From Negativicutes bacterium (lineage in GTDB: Bacteria > Bacillota > Negativicutes > UBA1444): a DNA stretch of 64,000 bases. The position numbers and the translations under genes were made by a program. The notes beneath the pieces are model-generated. The model had not been told where the DNA came from. It saw nothing but the letters and a program-made list of their open reading frames with translations, and searched no databases. Below, piece after piece: positions 37,538-47,953 of this stretch. The stretch lies in NCBI GenBank assembly GCA_963665275.2, contig CAXXIN010000009.1:93008-157007 (forward strand), read 5' to 3'. The stretch's first letter is position 1. The number at the start of each line of letters is the position of its first letter.

Positions 37538-39220
37538 TTACGTCAAAATCGGAATCTTCACCGTGAACGTGGTTCCTTTGCCGACTTCGCTTTCCACCAT
37601 AATTTCGCCACCATGCTTTTTGATGATATCGTAACTGACACTTAAGCCCAATCCTGTTCCCTTGCCTACCTCTTTAGTCGTAAAAAAAGGCTCGAAAATC
37701 CTGTTGATTACGTCGGAAGCGATGCCACGCCCCGTATCTGTTACCGAGACGAATATCCACTCGTCTTCTTCCCACGTCCTGACCCGCACCTCACCCTGTG
37801 TCTCAATAGCTTGCACAGCATTCATCAGAAGGTTCATGAAAACCTGATTCAACTGACCTTGGTTACATTTGTTAAATGGAATAACGCCCAACTCTTTAAC
37901 AATAGTTGCCTTATACTTCAGTTCATTCCAGATGATGTTGATCGTGCTTTCGATTCCAGAATTTATGTCTGCCAACATACATCCATCACTGTTTATCCTC
38001 GCGAACCCCTTTAGGTCCTGAACAATTGTCTTCACCCTGTCTGCGCCTTCCATGGTTTCATGGATAAGACCTTCCAGGTCATTCATGATGTAATCAATTT
38101 TCTGCACACGCCTTGCTTCCTGTAATCGTTGAAACAATGCTGTCCTTGCTTCATTACCGCGATCATCGGAGCAAGCCGTAATCAATTCAGAAAGCACCTC
38201 GTCCTGAATTTTAAAAAACGCAGTGATCTTGCTGGTGTAACCTTTCAACGAAGCCAAGTTGCTAATGATAAAACCCATTGGATTATTGATTTCATGCGCC
38301 ACGCCTGCTGCGAGCTGTCCGATTGAAGCCATTTTTTCCTGTTGAATAATTTGTGCCTGCGCACATTTTAAGTCGGCATAGGCTTTGAGCAGTTCATTTT
38401 CCGTGTTGCGGCGCTCGTCATTTTCCGTTTTCAATTCATTATTTAGTTCGCGAAATCTTTTATTTACCGCATTAATATCTTCGTTCATGGCGATAAATTC
38501 CTGATTCATGGCAGTAAGTTCCTGGTTTGCCGCGAACAGATCCTGCGTCCGCTTTTCCACTTTTTGTTCTAGATTATTTCTTTCTTGGCGTAGTGCAGCT
38601 TCCGTATGCTGGCGCTGAGTGATTAGGTGTGCCTGCTGAACATTATTCCATGCTAAAACAGATAACTGATTGGCAAGAGTATGCAATGCGATAGCAATTT
38701 TTTCAAAATGTTTCCGCGATATGGCAGGCACTTCATGATAAGCTGCGAGAAGCTCAGTTTCATCGGCCCCGATCTCTCTTGCGTATTCCAACATCTTTGC
38801 ATCTGTCTGGGCCTCATCACGTACCTGTCCCATCAACCAATTCGCAATATGTTTGCCCCCAACAGCAATACCGGCGCCAGCGTCAAACAGTCCGCCACTC
38901 AGACAGGGCTGAATGATCGGCCCGTCTGGAGAAAGTCTACCAATGGCAGCATCAGATTTACAACAATTTGCACATCCCTTCTCTGTTTTACGAATGATAT
39001 CTTTACATAATCTGCAAAAATTACTCGGCTGTGTAATCGGCGTCCCGTCGATTTGAGTAATCAAGGACGCAACACCGGTCGCAGCTGAAAAATCATCTTG
39101 GAGCCGTTGGATATCATTCAAATCGAATAAATCTTCGAAGCGAAGGTTCTCAACGTCGATCAGGATTTGCTCCGAGTTGACCATGTCGTCTTCAGCTGCG
39201 CAATATTTTTGTTTGGTCAT
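37538..39220 (-). CDS. PocR-domain sensor histidine kinase (NtrB/class 4-like)
   Basis: N-terminal PocR-like domain (IQRLQDDF..SNFCRLC..C.KSD..C..GL.D..GQV), coiled coil, H-box AHEINNP, N/G1/F/G2 boxes. Confidence 0.92.
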   Translation of the reverse strand: MTKQKYCAAEDDMVNSEQILIDVENLRFEDLFDLNDIQRLQDDFSAATGVASLITQIDGTPITQPSNFCRLCKDIIRKTEKGCANCCKSDAAIGRLSPDGPIIQPCLSGGLFDAGAGIAVGGKHIANWLMGQVRDEAQTDAKMLEYAREIGADETELLAAYHEVPAISRKHFEKIAIALHTLANQLSVLAWNNVQQAHLITQRQHTEAALRQERNNLEQKVEKRTQDLFAANQELTAMNQEFIAMNEDINAVNKRFRELNNELKTENDERRNTENELLKAYADLKCAQAQIIQQEKMASIGQLAAGVAHEINNPMGFIISNLASLKGYTSKITAFFKIQDEVLSELITACSDDRGNEARTALFQRLQEARRVQKIDYIMNDLEGLIHETMEGADRVKTIVQDLKGFARINSDGCMLADINSGIESTINIIWNELKYKATIVKELGVIPFNKCNQGQLNQVFMNLLMNAVQAIETQGEVRVRTWEEDEWIFVSVTDTGRGIASDVINRIFEPFFTTKEVGKGTGLGLSVSYDIIKKHGGEIMVESEVGKGTTFTVKIPILT

Positions 39221-39290
39221 CGACTGGCACCTCCAAAAGAACGTGCAGGTTAATTTAAAACAGTTAATTCCATGAATATCTCACGTATTG

Positions 39291-39318
39291 ATTCTGTGTC
39301 AGACACAGACAGTCCTGC
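39291..39318 (-). promoter_or_regulatory. SigH-like promoter overlapped by a perfect palindrome
   Basis: GCAGGACTG-12 bp-ACAGAAT; TCTGTGTC-A-GACACAGA at 39293-39309. Confidence 0.5.
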
Positions 39319-39330
39319 TTTGGATTCAAA

Positions 39331-39376
39331 TAAAGGAAGTTACCAGCCCAAACAAATTCGGGCTGGTAACTTCCTT
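39331..39376. terminator. Intrinsic terminator after the nitroreductase gene
   Basis: AAAGGAAGTTACCAGCCC...GGGCTGGTAACTTCCTTT long inverted repeat. Confidence 0.75.
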
Positions 39377-39426
39377 TTCCTTTCACACAGATGTGGGTTT
39401 TCCTTGCTCAATATGAACTCGAAAAA

Positions 39427-40248
39427 TCACCTTATTACTACCTCCAACGGGTTGCGATCAACCAAGCGGTGATACCTGTATTTCGGCACACCCAGCATGA
39501 TCGCTCCGGCAATGGCTTTTCCTTCAGGGAGTTCAAGCAAGTCCATCAAAGGCTTATACTTCGAAGAAACCGCCATTTCAAAAAAGCCGGCCCAACAACT
39601 TCCCAGTCCCAGTGACGGTGCATAGAGTTCTGCATAGGTCAGCGCATAACGGCCGTTATCCCGGCTGATTGGATTTTGCGCCGATCCCAAGGAAAGCACT
39701 AGGTAAGGGGCTCCACGCAAGACAATATCATAACCAGTGTCCCGATAAATTTTCACGATTCCAGCGTAAGATTTGACCCAAGCAACTTCTTGCCTGATTT
39801 GTTCTTCCAGCCATTCGATGACGCTTACAGTGATTCTCTTCAGCAACTCCTTGTCGCTAAGAACAAGAAAAGACACTCCCTGTGAATTCCCACCGGAAGG
39901 CGCCAGCCTTGCAACATTCAATAGTTTCAGGATTGTTCCCTGTGGAATTGCTTCTGGTTTATAAACTCGGACGGATCGCCGGGTTCGCATGAATCGTTCC
40001 GCGGTCTCTGCATCCAGTCGGGGGTACTGCGAGATCTCCACTTGCGCACTTAAAGGGTTACGTGTATGGTCAAGCGCGGCGTGCGGACAGACGGCAACAC
40101 AATGACCACATTTGATGCAAGCCTTGGGCCAGGTCAGTTCGGGTCCCACGTCGGTAACTTTGATGATTCCTGAAGGGCATACTTCCGCGCAAAATCCGCA
40201 CCGGGTACATTTATCAAGATCAACATGAATTTCTATTTTTTCTGCCAT
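39427..40248 (-). CDS. Nitroreductase family protein with an N-terminal 2x[4Fe-4S] ferredoxin domain
   Basis: Two CxxCxxCxxxCP motifs, RRSVRVY, APSGGN, GLGSCWAG. Confidence 0.9.
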   Translation of the reverse strand: MAEKIEIHVDLDKCTRCGFCAEVCPSGIIKVTDVGPELTWPKACIKCGHCVAVCPHAALDHTRNPLSAQVEISQYPRLDAETAERFMRTRRSVRVYKPEAIPQGTILKLLNVARLAPSGGNSQGVSFLVLSDKELLKRITVSVIEWLEEQIRQEVAWVKSYAGIVKIYRDTGYDIVLRGAPYLVLSLGSAQNPISRDNGRYALTYAELYAPSLGLGSCWAGFFEMAVSSKYKPLMDLLELPEGKAIAGAIMLGVPKYRYHRLVDRNPLEVVIR

Positions 40249-40303
40249 CTGATTTTCCTCCTCCAAATTTGGTTACCCCATGATTTTCAAGGCAGTAATG
40301 GCC

Positions 40304-40906
40304 CTATTCCCATTTCATGTCGGTCGCCATCTGGCGAAAGAGTTGCGCCCAAAATTGACGGTCACTATCCGGAGCAAACAACCCTACCGCATACAACCGG
40401 TCTTGATTCATGAACACGTATACTGTTGCTGCCATCGGCAAGGGAACTTTATCTGTCATGATCAGGCGCGAAGTAATTACCGGGACGCTGCGCCCGCCCA
40501 ACATTGCCTTTTTTGCCGGGGTCCACTCGAGAATCCGACCGCCATTTTCTTCGAGACTTTTTGACAATAACGGCTTCGCCAACTCGCCAAGAACCTGCGG
40601 GTTTGATTCGGCAACTCCAAACAAGAGAGCGGCGACCCCCATATTCTGCTCCATTTTATAAGAGACCACTCTGGCATAATGCCAGGTATCTTTATTGAAT
40701 CCGACCAAGTCATACTGGATTCCAGCGTTGGTCTGATTCTCCATTCCCTTGGCGGCTTTCGCCTCCAGCCATTCTGGCAGGCTCATTGACCCAATACCCG
40801 CCAGCGACAGAGCTCCGCCCGGTTCGGCCAGCACCACAGTTTGTGTTCCGGGTGCGGCTATACAAAGCAAGACGCCGATAAAGATCGCTATCAGGCGATT
40901 ATTCAT
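40304..40906 (-). CDS. Hypothetical exported protein
   Basis: Signal-peptide-like N-terminus, GGAGG SD; no recognised motif. Confidence 0.7.
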   Translation of the reverse strand: MNNRLIAIFIGVLLCIAAPGTQTVVLAEPGGALSLAGIGSMSLPEWLEAKAAKGMENQTNAGIQYDLVGFNKDTWHYARVVSYKMEQNMGVAALLFGVAESNPQVLGELAKPLLSKSLEENGGRILEWTPAKKAMLGGRSVPVITSRLIMTDKVPLPMAATVYVFMNQDRLYAVGLFAPDSDRQFWAQLFRQMATDMKWE

Positions 40907-40924
40907 GACTTACTTCCTCCCTGT

Positions 40925-41842
40925 TTACTTTTCGTTCAGCAGCGCATGCGCATAGGCTTTTGCATCAAATGGGGCAAAATCTCCTTGTTGTTCTCCCAAG
41001 CCAACCCATCGAACAGGCACTCCCAGTTCGGTTCGGATTGAGATAGCAAATCCGCCTTTGGCAGTCCCTTCGAGTTTCGTCAAAATAACGCCTGTTAATT
41101 CAGTTACTTCGTTGAAAATTTTGGCTTGGTGGAGCGCATTTTGTCCAGTAACAGCGTCAAGCACAAGTAACGTTTCTTGCGGCGCTTCCGGCAACTCACG
41201 TTGAATCACTCTGCGGATTTTTTTCAGTTCTTCCATCAGGTTGGCTTTCGTGTGCAGGCGACCGGCCGTATCAACAATCAAAACGTCTGATTTGCGGGCT
41301 TTGGCTGCCGACAGGGCATCATAAACCACCGCCGCCGGGTCCGAGCCTTCTGCATGACTGACGATATCGGCGCCTGTCCGCTGTGCCCATAGAATGAGCT
41401 GCTCACCTGCCGCTGCGCGAAAAGTATCCGCCGCCGCCAGCAAAACTTTTTTCCCCTGCCCAGCGTAAAAATGGGCAAGCTTTCCAATGGATGTAGTCTT
41501 ACCGGATCCATTGACGCCGACTACCAGGATAACGTAAGGAACCGATGTGCTTTTCACAGCTTTGTCATCTTCCGCATTCATCATGGCGGCAATTTCCTGC
41601 TCAAGTACAGGCAGTATTTCAGTAGGATTCTGCAGGTTTTGGGCCGACGCCGCCTTGCGCGTTGACTCAATCAGTTTGGCTGCAACCGTTGCTCCAGCGT
41701 CCGACATGATCAAGGTCGCTTCCAGATCGTCGTAGAAATCGTCATCCAATGCGGAAGAGCCTTTGATTAGCCCGCCCAACTTCTCTGCCAAACTTCGACG
41801 GCTTTTTTCCAGGCCGCTTTTTAACGAATCAATTAGTCCCAC
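40925..41842 (-). CDS. ftsY: SRP receptor FtsY
   Basis: [32 protein letters not shown]. Confidence 0.97.
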   Translation of the reverse strand: MGLIDSLKSGLEKSRRSLAEKLGGLIKGSSALDDDFYDDLEATLIMSDAGATVAAKLIESTRKAASAQNLQNPTEILPVLEQEIAAMMNAEDDKAVKSTSVPYVILVVGVNGSGKTTSIGKLAHFYAGQGKKVLLAAADTFRAAAGEQLILWAQRTGADIVSHAEGSDPAAVVYDALSAAKARKSDVLIVDTAGRLHTKANLMEELKKIRRVIQRELPEAPQETLLVLDAVTGQNALHQAKIFNEVTELTGVILTKLEGTAKGGFAISIRTELGVPVRWVGLGEQQGDFAPFDAKAYAHALLNEK

Positions 41843-44800
41843 GCATTATTCGCCCCTCTTCTGTTTGTTTTCCGTCTTCAAGGAATTTCACGGACACCAG
41901 ACGGGAAACGCCGGAATCTTCCATGGTCACTCCATGCAGAATATCGGCAGCTTCCATCGTTCCTTTGCGATGCGTCACCACTATAAATTGGCTGTGTTTC
42001 GAGTATTCGCTTAAGAATTCGCTAAACCGGCGAACGTTGGATTCGTCCAAGGCCGAATCGATCTCATCAATCACGCAGAAAGGAGCCGGACGATAAGCGA
42101 GGAAGGAAAAAAGAATAGAGATTACAGTGAGGGCCCGCTCGCCTCCGGATAACAACGCCAGGTTTTGTCGCCGTTTACCAGGCGGCTGGACGAATATCTC
42201 CACGCCTGATTCCAGCACATTGTCTGGCGAAGTCAGTTCCAATGTTGCGCTACCCCCGCCAAACAATCGTACAAAAATATCCGCGAAATGGGTGTTGATC
42301 TCTGCGAATCCGACAGCAAAGCGTTCTGACATAGTTCGGTCAATATCGGCAATGATCTGGCGCAGCGAGGCAACCGCCGATTCCAGATCAACAGACTGAG
42401 ACTGCATGAACTCATACCGATCGGCAGTGCGGCGATACTCGTCCACCGCCGCCGGATTGACGGGTCCTATTTCCTGGATTTCCGTTTCACAACGCCGGGC
42501 TTGCGCTTCAATGTCAGCGATTGGAGCATCTATGCGAGTTCGGGCCGCCTCTTCCAACGTTATATTGTATTGCCCTTCGATCTGTTCCCGGCAAGTCTTC
42601 AGCTCAAATTCATATTTTGTATAGTCAAGCTGGACGGCGTGCAAGGTTTCTTCGAGATCATGGCAACGCCGCTTCAAGTCGCGCAAACTACGGTCCAGTT
42701 TCTGGGCTTCGACGAGCACCCGGCTTTTTTCAGCAAAAAGTTCATTGCGAAACTCACGGTAACGAGCGTTCTTACCGACCAGGTCCTCCCGTTCGAAGGA
42801 GGCGTCCGCTACAGCCCGCTCCGTTTCTTCCTTTTGTTCGTCAACGCCAGCCGCCTCAGTTCGCAGCATTTTCCACTGGCGGTCAATTCGCTCCTTTTCG
42901 TCCGCCTGACGGCTCTGATCTGCCACAGCATTTTCTCGCCGATGTTGAAAATCATTTTGCCGGATCCGCAGATCAGTAACTTTTTTGTCTTGCAGATCTC
43001 TTTCCGACTGGGTTTGGATCAGTTCCGCCTGCCAGTCGTCAATTTTCTCTTTATTTTCTGCTTCACGGTCGTGCAATGCTTCCAGTTTGGCCCGCACAGC
43101 TTCTGCCAATTGCGCCTGTTGAATCGATTGATTCATGCCCTGTTCGATTTCCTGCCGACAGGTGTCAACAGCCATTCGCAACCGATCTTCATCCTGGCAC
43201 CAACGAACTAGGCCTCGTTCGATATCATTTTTTTGCAACTCCGCCTGTGACTGCGACAGACGGGCTTCTTTCAGTTTCTGGTCGTTGCCGGCAATTTTCT
43301 CCGACGTACCATGAAGATCTTCAATAATTATTTCCAATTGTTTTTCGGCTTGGGCAATGTCACGGGTCAATTCATCAATTTCATTCTGACGACTCAGATA
43401 GCCTTGTTCCTTTTGCGATGAACGCCCGCCGGTAATGGCTCCTCCTGGATTGATCAGTTCTCCTTCGAGAGTAACAATCCGAAGCCGTTGACCGCTTTCT
43501 CTGGATATGCGTAACGCAGCATTCAAATCTGTCGCCACAAGGGTTCTTCCGAGCAGCATTTCTTTCAGAACTTGAAACCGCGGCTCGGTCTCCACCAAGG
43601 AAGACGCCAGTCCAAGGGAACCGCTGGTGGAGGAAGCCTTAAGCTCAAGGTCCCGAGGACCTTGTGAGCGGATCGACTCCAACGGCAAAAAAGTTGCCCG
43701 CCCCAAACGACCTGCCTTCAAAAATTCGACAGCGGCTTTGGCTGTTTGTTCATCTTCGGTCACAATATTCTGGAGCGCAGCGCCGAGCGAGGTCTCGATC
43801 GCTGTCACATATGCATCCGGTACTGTCAAAAGTTGAGCCACTGCGCCCAAAATTCCTTTTCGCCAGGGCAGCGTACTTTTAAGCACGCTACGACTGCCAA
43901 AACTAAACCCCTCATAAGCGCTTTGCATCGAAGAGAGCACTTTGCGTTTGGACAAGCATTCCTGACGCTGATTGGTCACATTTTTTTCCTGCAATTGTTG
44001 CTGCCGGAGAACTGTTTCGAGCATTTCCCGTTCTTTGGCAAGAGATATTTGCGACTGTGCCAGCGCTTCACTCTGAAGAAGATAGGACTGATACTCGGCT
44101 TCTTTAGCCTGACGCAATTCTCCAGCTGCTTTATGCTCTGCATTCAACGTTTCCATTTCGCGCGTTAGGCGAGTTTTTTGCTGCGCCAGTATTTCGATTT
44201 CGCGTTCAGCTTGGCGAAGATTATTTCGTTCATCGACCACTTCCTGTAGCTGGTCGAACACGAGATCCCTTGCTTCATGAATCTGGTGCTGCAACGTTTG
44301 AATCGACGCATTCTGTTTTTCCAATAAGGATGCCGCCGTATCCAGTTCCCTGGCGGCGCCCGCCTCTTCCTCAAACAAGGTAGCAAGTTTTTGCTCGCAT
44401 TCTGCCAAGTTCCCCTCGAGAAACTCCATGCGTTGCGACAATTTATTTTCTTCAGCACTTAGTTGTGATTGGCGCAGGAGAATGTGCTCCAACCTTTCTT
44501 TTCCTACCTGGATTCGCCCATCAGCCTTTTGCAGCGCGAGGGTTCCAGATGCCAGCACACGGTCATAAAACAGCAGCTGCTCATCCGCGTTCGCCAACTC
44601 AGCCCCCAGAAACTCCCGTTCGCTTTCTGCGACCGAGGCTTGAGTCGATGCTGCAATAGACGCATCCAAAGCCTTCTTCTCTTCAGCCGCCAGACGCGTC
44701 AACTGAACCTTTGCTACATCATACCGATTGATAAACACCGTAGTTTTGCACTGAACATATTGAGCATACAACTTGTTATAGCGGTTGGTTTTTTCGGCGC

Positions 44801-45422
44801 TTTCGCGCAGCGGCTCGAGCTGAGTCTCAATCTCGGCAATGATGTCTCGCACCCGAGTCAGGTTCTGTTCAGTGTCATCCATCTTGCGGACGGCATCTTT
44901 ACGTCGCTGTTTGTAACGGGCAATGCCAATGACTTCCTCGAAAATCAGACGCCGCTCTTCCGGCTTACTGTTGAGAATTTCATCAATTTTGTTTTGCCCA
45001 ATAACGGCCATAGACTCGCGTCCAAGACCGGTTCCGGCCAACAGTTCCTGCAGATCTTTCAACCGGCAGTGAGTCTTGTTAATGTAGTATTCACTTTCAC
45101 CTGAACGAAAAACCCGGCGCGTTACGGTGACTTCCCCGTAATCCAGGGGTAATAGCGCGTCATAGTTGTCGAAAGTCAGGGACACTTCCGCAATACCAAG
45201 CGGGCGGCGCTGCGTGGTACCAGAAAAAATGACATCTTCCATTTTGGCCCCGCGCAGATTTCGAATGCTTTGTTCGCCCAGCGCCCAACGGATTGCATCA
45301 GAAAGATTACTCTTGCCGCTGCCATTCGGGCCGACGATTGCATTAATTCCCGGGCTGAATTCAAGTTCGGTCTTGTCGGCAAAAGATTTGAACCCGAAGA
45401 CCTCGAACTTTTTCAGAAGCAA
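41829..45422 (-). CDS. smc: Chromosome segregation protein SMC
   Basis: GFKSF, GPNGSGKSN, hinge GRATFLPL, LSGGE, DEIDSALD. Confidence 0.98.
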   Translation of the reverse strand: MLLKKFEVFGFKSFADKTELEFSPGINAIVGPNGSGKSNLSDAIRWALGEQSIRNLRGAKMEDVIFSGTTQRRPLGIAEVSLTFDNYDALLPLDYGEVTVTRRVFRSGESEYYINKTHCRLKDLQELLAGTGLGRESMAVIGQNKIDEILNSKPEERRLIFEEVIGIARYKQRRKDAVRKMDDTEQNLTRVRDIIAEIETQLEPLRESAEKTNRYNKLYAQYVQCKTTVFINRYDVAKVQLTRLAAEEKKALDASIAASTQASVAESEREFLGAELANADEQLLFYDRVLASGTLALQKADGRIQVGKERLEHILLRQSQLSAEENKLSQRMEFLEGNLAECEQKLATLFEEEAGAARELDTAASLLEKQNASIQTLQHQIHEARDLVFDQLQEVVDERNNLRQAEREIEILAQQKTRLTREMETLNAEHKAAGELRQAKEAEYQSYLLQSEALAQSQISLAKEREMLETVLRQQQLQEKNVTNQRQECLSKRKVLSSMQSAYEGFSFGSRSVLKSTLPWRKGILGAVAQLLTVPDAYVTAIETSLGAALQNIVTEDEQTAKAAVEFLKAGRLGRATFLPLESIRSQGPRDLELKASSTSGSLGLASSLVETEPRFQVLKEMLLGRTLVATDLNAALRISRESGQRLRIVTLEGELINPGGAITGGRSSQKEQGYLSRQNEIDELTRDIAQAEKQLEIIIEDLHGTSEKIAGNDQKLKEARLSQSQAELQKNDIERGLVRWCQDEDRLRMAVDTCRQEIEQGMNQSIQQAQLAEAVRAKLEALHDREAENKEKIDDWQAELIQTQSERDLQDKKVTDLRIRQNDFQHRRENAVADQSRQADEKERIDRQWKMLRTEAAGVDEQKEETERAVADASFEREDLVGKNARYREFRNELFAEKSRVLVEAQKLDRSLRDLKRRCHDLEETLHAVQLDYTKYEFELKTCREQIEGQYNITLEEAARTRIDAPIADIEAQARRCETEIQEIGPVNPAAVDEYRRTADRYEFMQSQSVDLESAVASLRQIIADIDRTMSERFAVGFAEINTHFADIFVRLFGGGSATLELTSPDNVLESGVEIFVQPPGKRRQNLALLSGGERALTVISILFSFLAYRPAPFCVIDEIDSALDESNVRRFSEFLSEYSKHSQFIVVTHRKGTMEAADILHGVTMEDSGVSRLVSVKFLEDGKQTEEGRIMRGTN

Positions 45423-45582
45423 ACCATCACATCCAGTCCTATTTCTCTTCGATTCACTTACTATACATTATAGATCGTAATAATTAAGCCAAAAAAATTT
45501 TAACACGAGATGGCCTGAAGCACAACAAAACCTGTCCGGCAATCAATGCGGACAGGCCCAATCAAACAGAAAAGCCGAACTT

Positions 45583-45843
45583 TCAACGCGGCTCAACGTG
45601 AAAATGAAGAGCGGTTTTCTCCTGACCGTCAATTTCGATTTCGGCAAAAGTCGGAATTACAATCAAATTTACGCCGCCTGGGGCAAGATAGCCGCGTGCA
45701 ATAGCGATGGCCTTCATAGACTGATTGACCGCGCCAGCTCCAACCGCTTGCATCTCTGCTGAACCATGCTCTCGCACTACAGCAGCCAATGCGCCGGCAA
45801 CCGCTTTGGGATTGGATTGCGCTGAAACTTTCAATACAGTCAT
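45583..45843 (-). CDS. spoVS: Stage V sporulation protein S
   Basis: LKVSA.SNP.AVAGALA..AVGAGAVNQ..KAIAIARG. Confidence 0.95.
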   Translation of the reverse strand: MTVLKVSAQSNPKAVAGALAAVVREHGSAEMQAVGAGAVNQSMKAIAIARGYLAPGGVNLIVIPTFAEIEIDGQEKTALHFHVEPR

Positions 45844-45888
45844 GATAGACCCTCCTTCGGAAAAACTACTATTGCTTGTTTATCATAA

Positions 45889-45915
45889 CTTCTGCGTAGC
45901 GCCTCGAAATCCTTC
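45889..45915 (-). promoter_or_regulatory. SigH-like promoter of spoVS
   Basis: GAAGGATTT-11 bp-GCAGAAG; spoVS is SigH-dependent in B. subtilis. Confidence 0.55.
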
Positions 45916-45999
45916 GTAATAGAAAAAAAGCCGTCAGGATATTCTCCAGACTGGCATGTTGGCACGAAAGATAAATGAATTAACTCCGACACTAGCCCT

Positions 46000-46707
46000 T
46001 TAGATGAGAGTCTCCAGAGCTGCCTTTGCCGCAGCCTGTTCCGCCGCTTTCTTCGATTTTCCAGTTCCCGAACCCAAAACATCTCCATCAACATAGACTT
46101 CGACCGAGAAGGTTCTCTCATGAGCGGGACCCGTTTGCGAAATCAACTGATAGAGAATCGCCCGCGCCCCATCTTTTTGCAGCTCCTGTTGAAGCTGCGA
46201 TTTGTAGTCCTGAATCAGACACCCATTCTGCACTTGCCTCAAAGTCTCTTGCAACAATTTCTCAACGAAGATCCTTACTGTCTCAATACCGCTGTCCAAA
46301 TAAACAGCTCCGATCAAGGCTTCAAATGCATCAGCCAAAATGGATGCAGGATACTTTCCATCCCGGGATTGTTCCCCACAGCCCAGCAACAAATAATTCC
46401 CCAGTTGGATATTTTGAGCGGCGGCGGCCAAACTCCGCTCACATACCACAGATGCCCGCGCCTGCGTCATAGTGCCCTCATCCATTTCCGGCCGGACCTG
46501 GAAAAGCCAATCGCTGACCACCAGATCAAGAACGGTGTCGCCCAAGAACTCCAATCGCTCGTTATGACGCACTTGGGTTTTCGACTGTTCATTCGCATAG
46601 GAAGAGTGCACTAAAGCTTCGTCCAGCAGCAGTGGGTTGCGAAAAGAAAAACCGAGAGTCGTCATCAGCTGATTCAGTTGACGCTCCCGGTTCTGCTTAT
46701 TTTTCAA
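46000..46707 (-). CDS. rnc: Ribonuclease III
   Basis: [23 protein letters not shown], dsRBD ([18 protein letters not shown]); start placed at a TTG overlapping the fabF stop. Confidence 0.96.
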   Translation of the reverse strand: MKNKQNRERQLNQLMTTLGFSFRNPLLLDEALVHSSYANEQSKTQVRHNERLEFLGDTVLDLVVSDWLFQVRPEMDEGTMTQARASVVCERSLAAAAQNIQLGNYLLLGCGEQSRDGKYPASILADAFEALIGAVYLDSGIETVRIFVEKLLQETLRQVQNGCLIQDYKSQLQQELQKDGARAILYQLISQTGPAHERTFSVEVYVDGDVLGSGTGKSKKAAEQAAAKAALETLI

Positions 46708-47947
46708 ATTTCTTGACGAGCAGTGTGGCATTATGGCCGCCGAATCCAAAGGAGTTGGAAAGCGCCGCACGCACCACCTTGGCTCTAGCCTTATGGGGCA
46801 CGTAATCGAGATCCAGTTCAGGGTCAGGCGTATCATAGTTGATTGTCGGCGGTATCATGTCATTGACCACTGTCAGAACCGTTGCCACACATTCAATTCC
46901 GCCGGCCGCGCCGAGCAGATGCCCTGTCATCGATTTAATGGAGCTGACGGCGAGATTCTTCGCCTGATCGCCAAACAGCGCCTTGATTCCAAGAGTTTCA
47001 TTCTTGTCATTCAGCGGCGTCGAGGTGCCGTGAGCATTGATATAATCAATATCCGCAAGTTCCAGGCCAGCATCTTTGATGGCAAGAGCCATGCAGCGAG
47101 CGGCCTGGGCGCCTTCCGGAGCAGGCGCAGTGACGTGGTATGCATCAGCGTTCGACCCATAGCCTGCCAGTTCAGCATAAATGCGTGCTCCGCGGGCCAA
47201 TGCATGCTCGAGCGACTCGAGAACTACAATCCCTGACCCCTCGCCCATTACAAAACCGTCACGGTCCTTTTCAAAAGGCCGGGAAGCTTGTTCCGGGGCA
47301 TCATTCCGGGTGGACAACGCTTTCATGGAGCAGAAACCAGCCATGCCAGCCGGAGAAATCGCGGCTTCTGTGCCGCCAGCTACCATTACGTCAGCATCTC
47401 CACGCTGAATGACCTTCATCGCGTCGCCGATGCAGTTTGTTCCTGTCGCACAGGCAGTTACAACGCAGCTGCTCGGTCCTTGCAGTCCGAAAGCGATCGA
47501 TACTTGCCCCGCAGCCATGTTGGCAATCATCATTGGGATAAAGAAAGGGCTAACTCGATTTGGACCCTTTTCAAATAAATTTTTATATTGTTCATGCAGT
47601 GTATCCATGCCGCCGATACCGGATCCAACAAAAGCTCCAATCCGCGAGCGGTCTTCCTTTTCCAGATCCAGGCCCGAATCTACCAGGGCCATCTTGGCAG
47701 CTGCAATGGCAAACTGTGTAAAACGATCCATTCGACGGGCTTCTTTTTTGTCGATGAACTCTGTAGGCTCGAAGCCTTTGACTTCACCGGCAATTTTAGC
47801 ATCATAGTCGGTTGCGTCAAACCGGGTAATCATCCCTATGCCTGACTGGCCTGCCAACAATGCCTGCCAGAACAAGTCCGCCGTATTACCGACTGGAGTA
47901 ATCGCGCCTAACCCTGTAACAACAACGCGTTTTTTCAACTCACTCAC
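46697..47947 (-). CDS. fabF: 3-oxoacyl-ACP synthase II
   Basis: [38 protein letters not shown]. Confidence 0.98.
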   Translation of the reverse strand: MSELKKRVVVTGLGAITPVGNTADLFWQALLAGQSGIGMITRFDATDYDAKIAGEVKGFEPTEFIDKKEARRMDRFTQFAIAAAKMALVDSGLDLEKEDRSRIGAFVGSGIGGMDTLHEQYKNLFEKGPNRVSPFFIPMMIANMAAGQVSIAFGLQGPSSCVVTACATGTNCIGDAMKVIQRGDADVMVAGGTEAAISPAGMAGFCSMKALSTRNDAPEQASRPFEKDRDGFVMGEGSGIVVLESLEHALARGARIYAELAGYGSNADAYHVTAPAPEGAQAARCMALAIKDAGLELADIDYINAHGTSTPLNDKNETLGIKALFGDQAKNLAVSSIKSMTGHLLGAAGGIECVATVLTVVNDMIPPTINYDTPDPELDLDYVPHKARAKVVRAALSNSFGFGGHNATLLVKKFEK

Positions 47948-47953
47948 TCCTTG

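Noticed and set aside
45531-45556. CCTGTCCG..CGGACAGG hairpin resembling the folK terminator stem (possible REP-like family)
   Set aside because: Only two short, differently arranged copies; adequately explained as independent terminators
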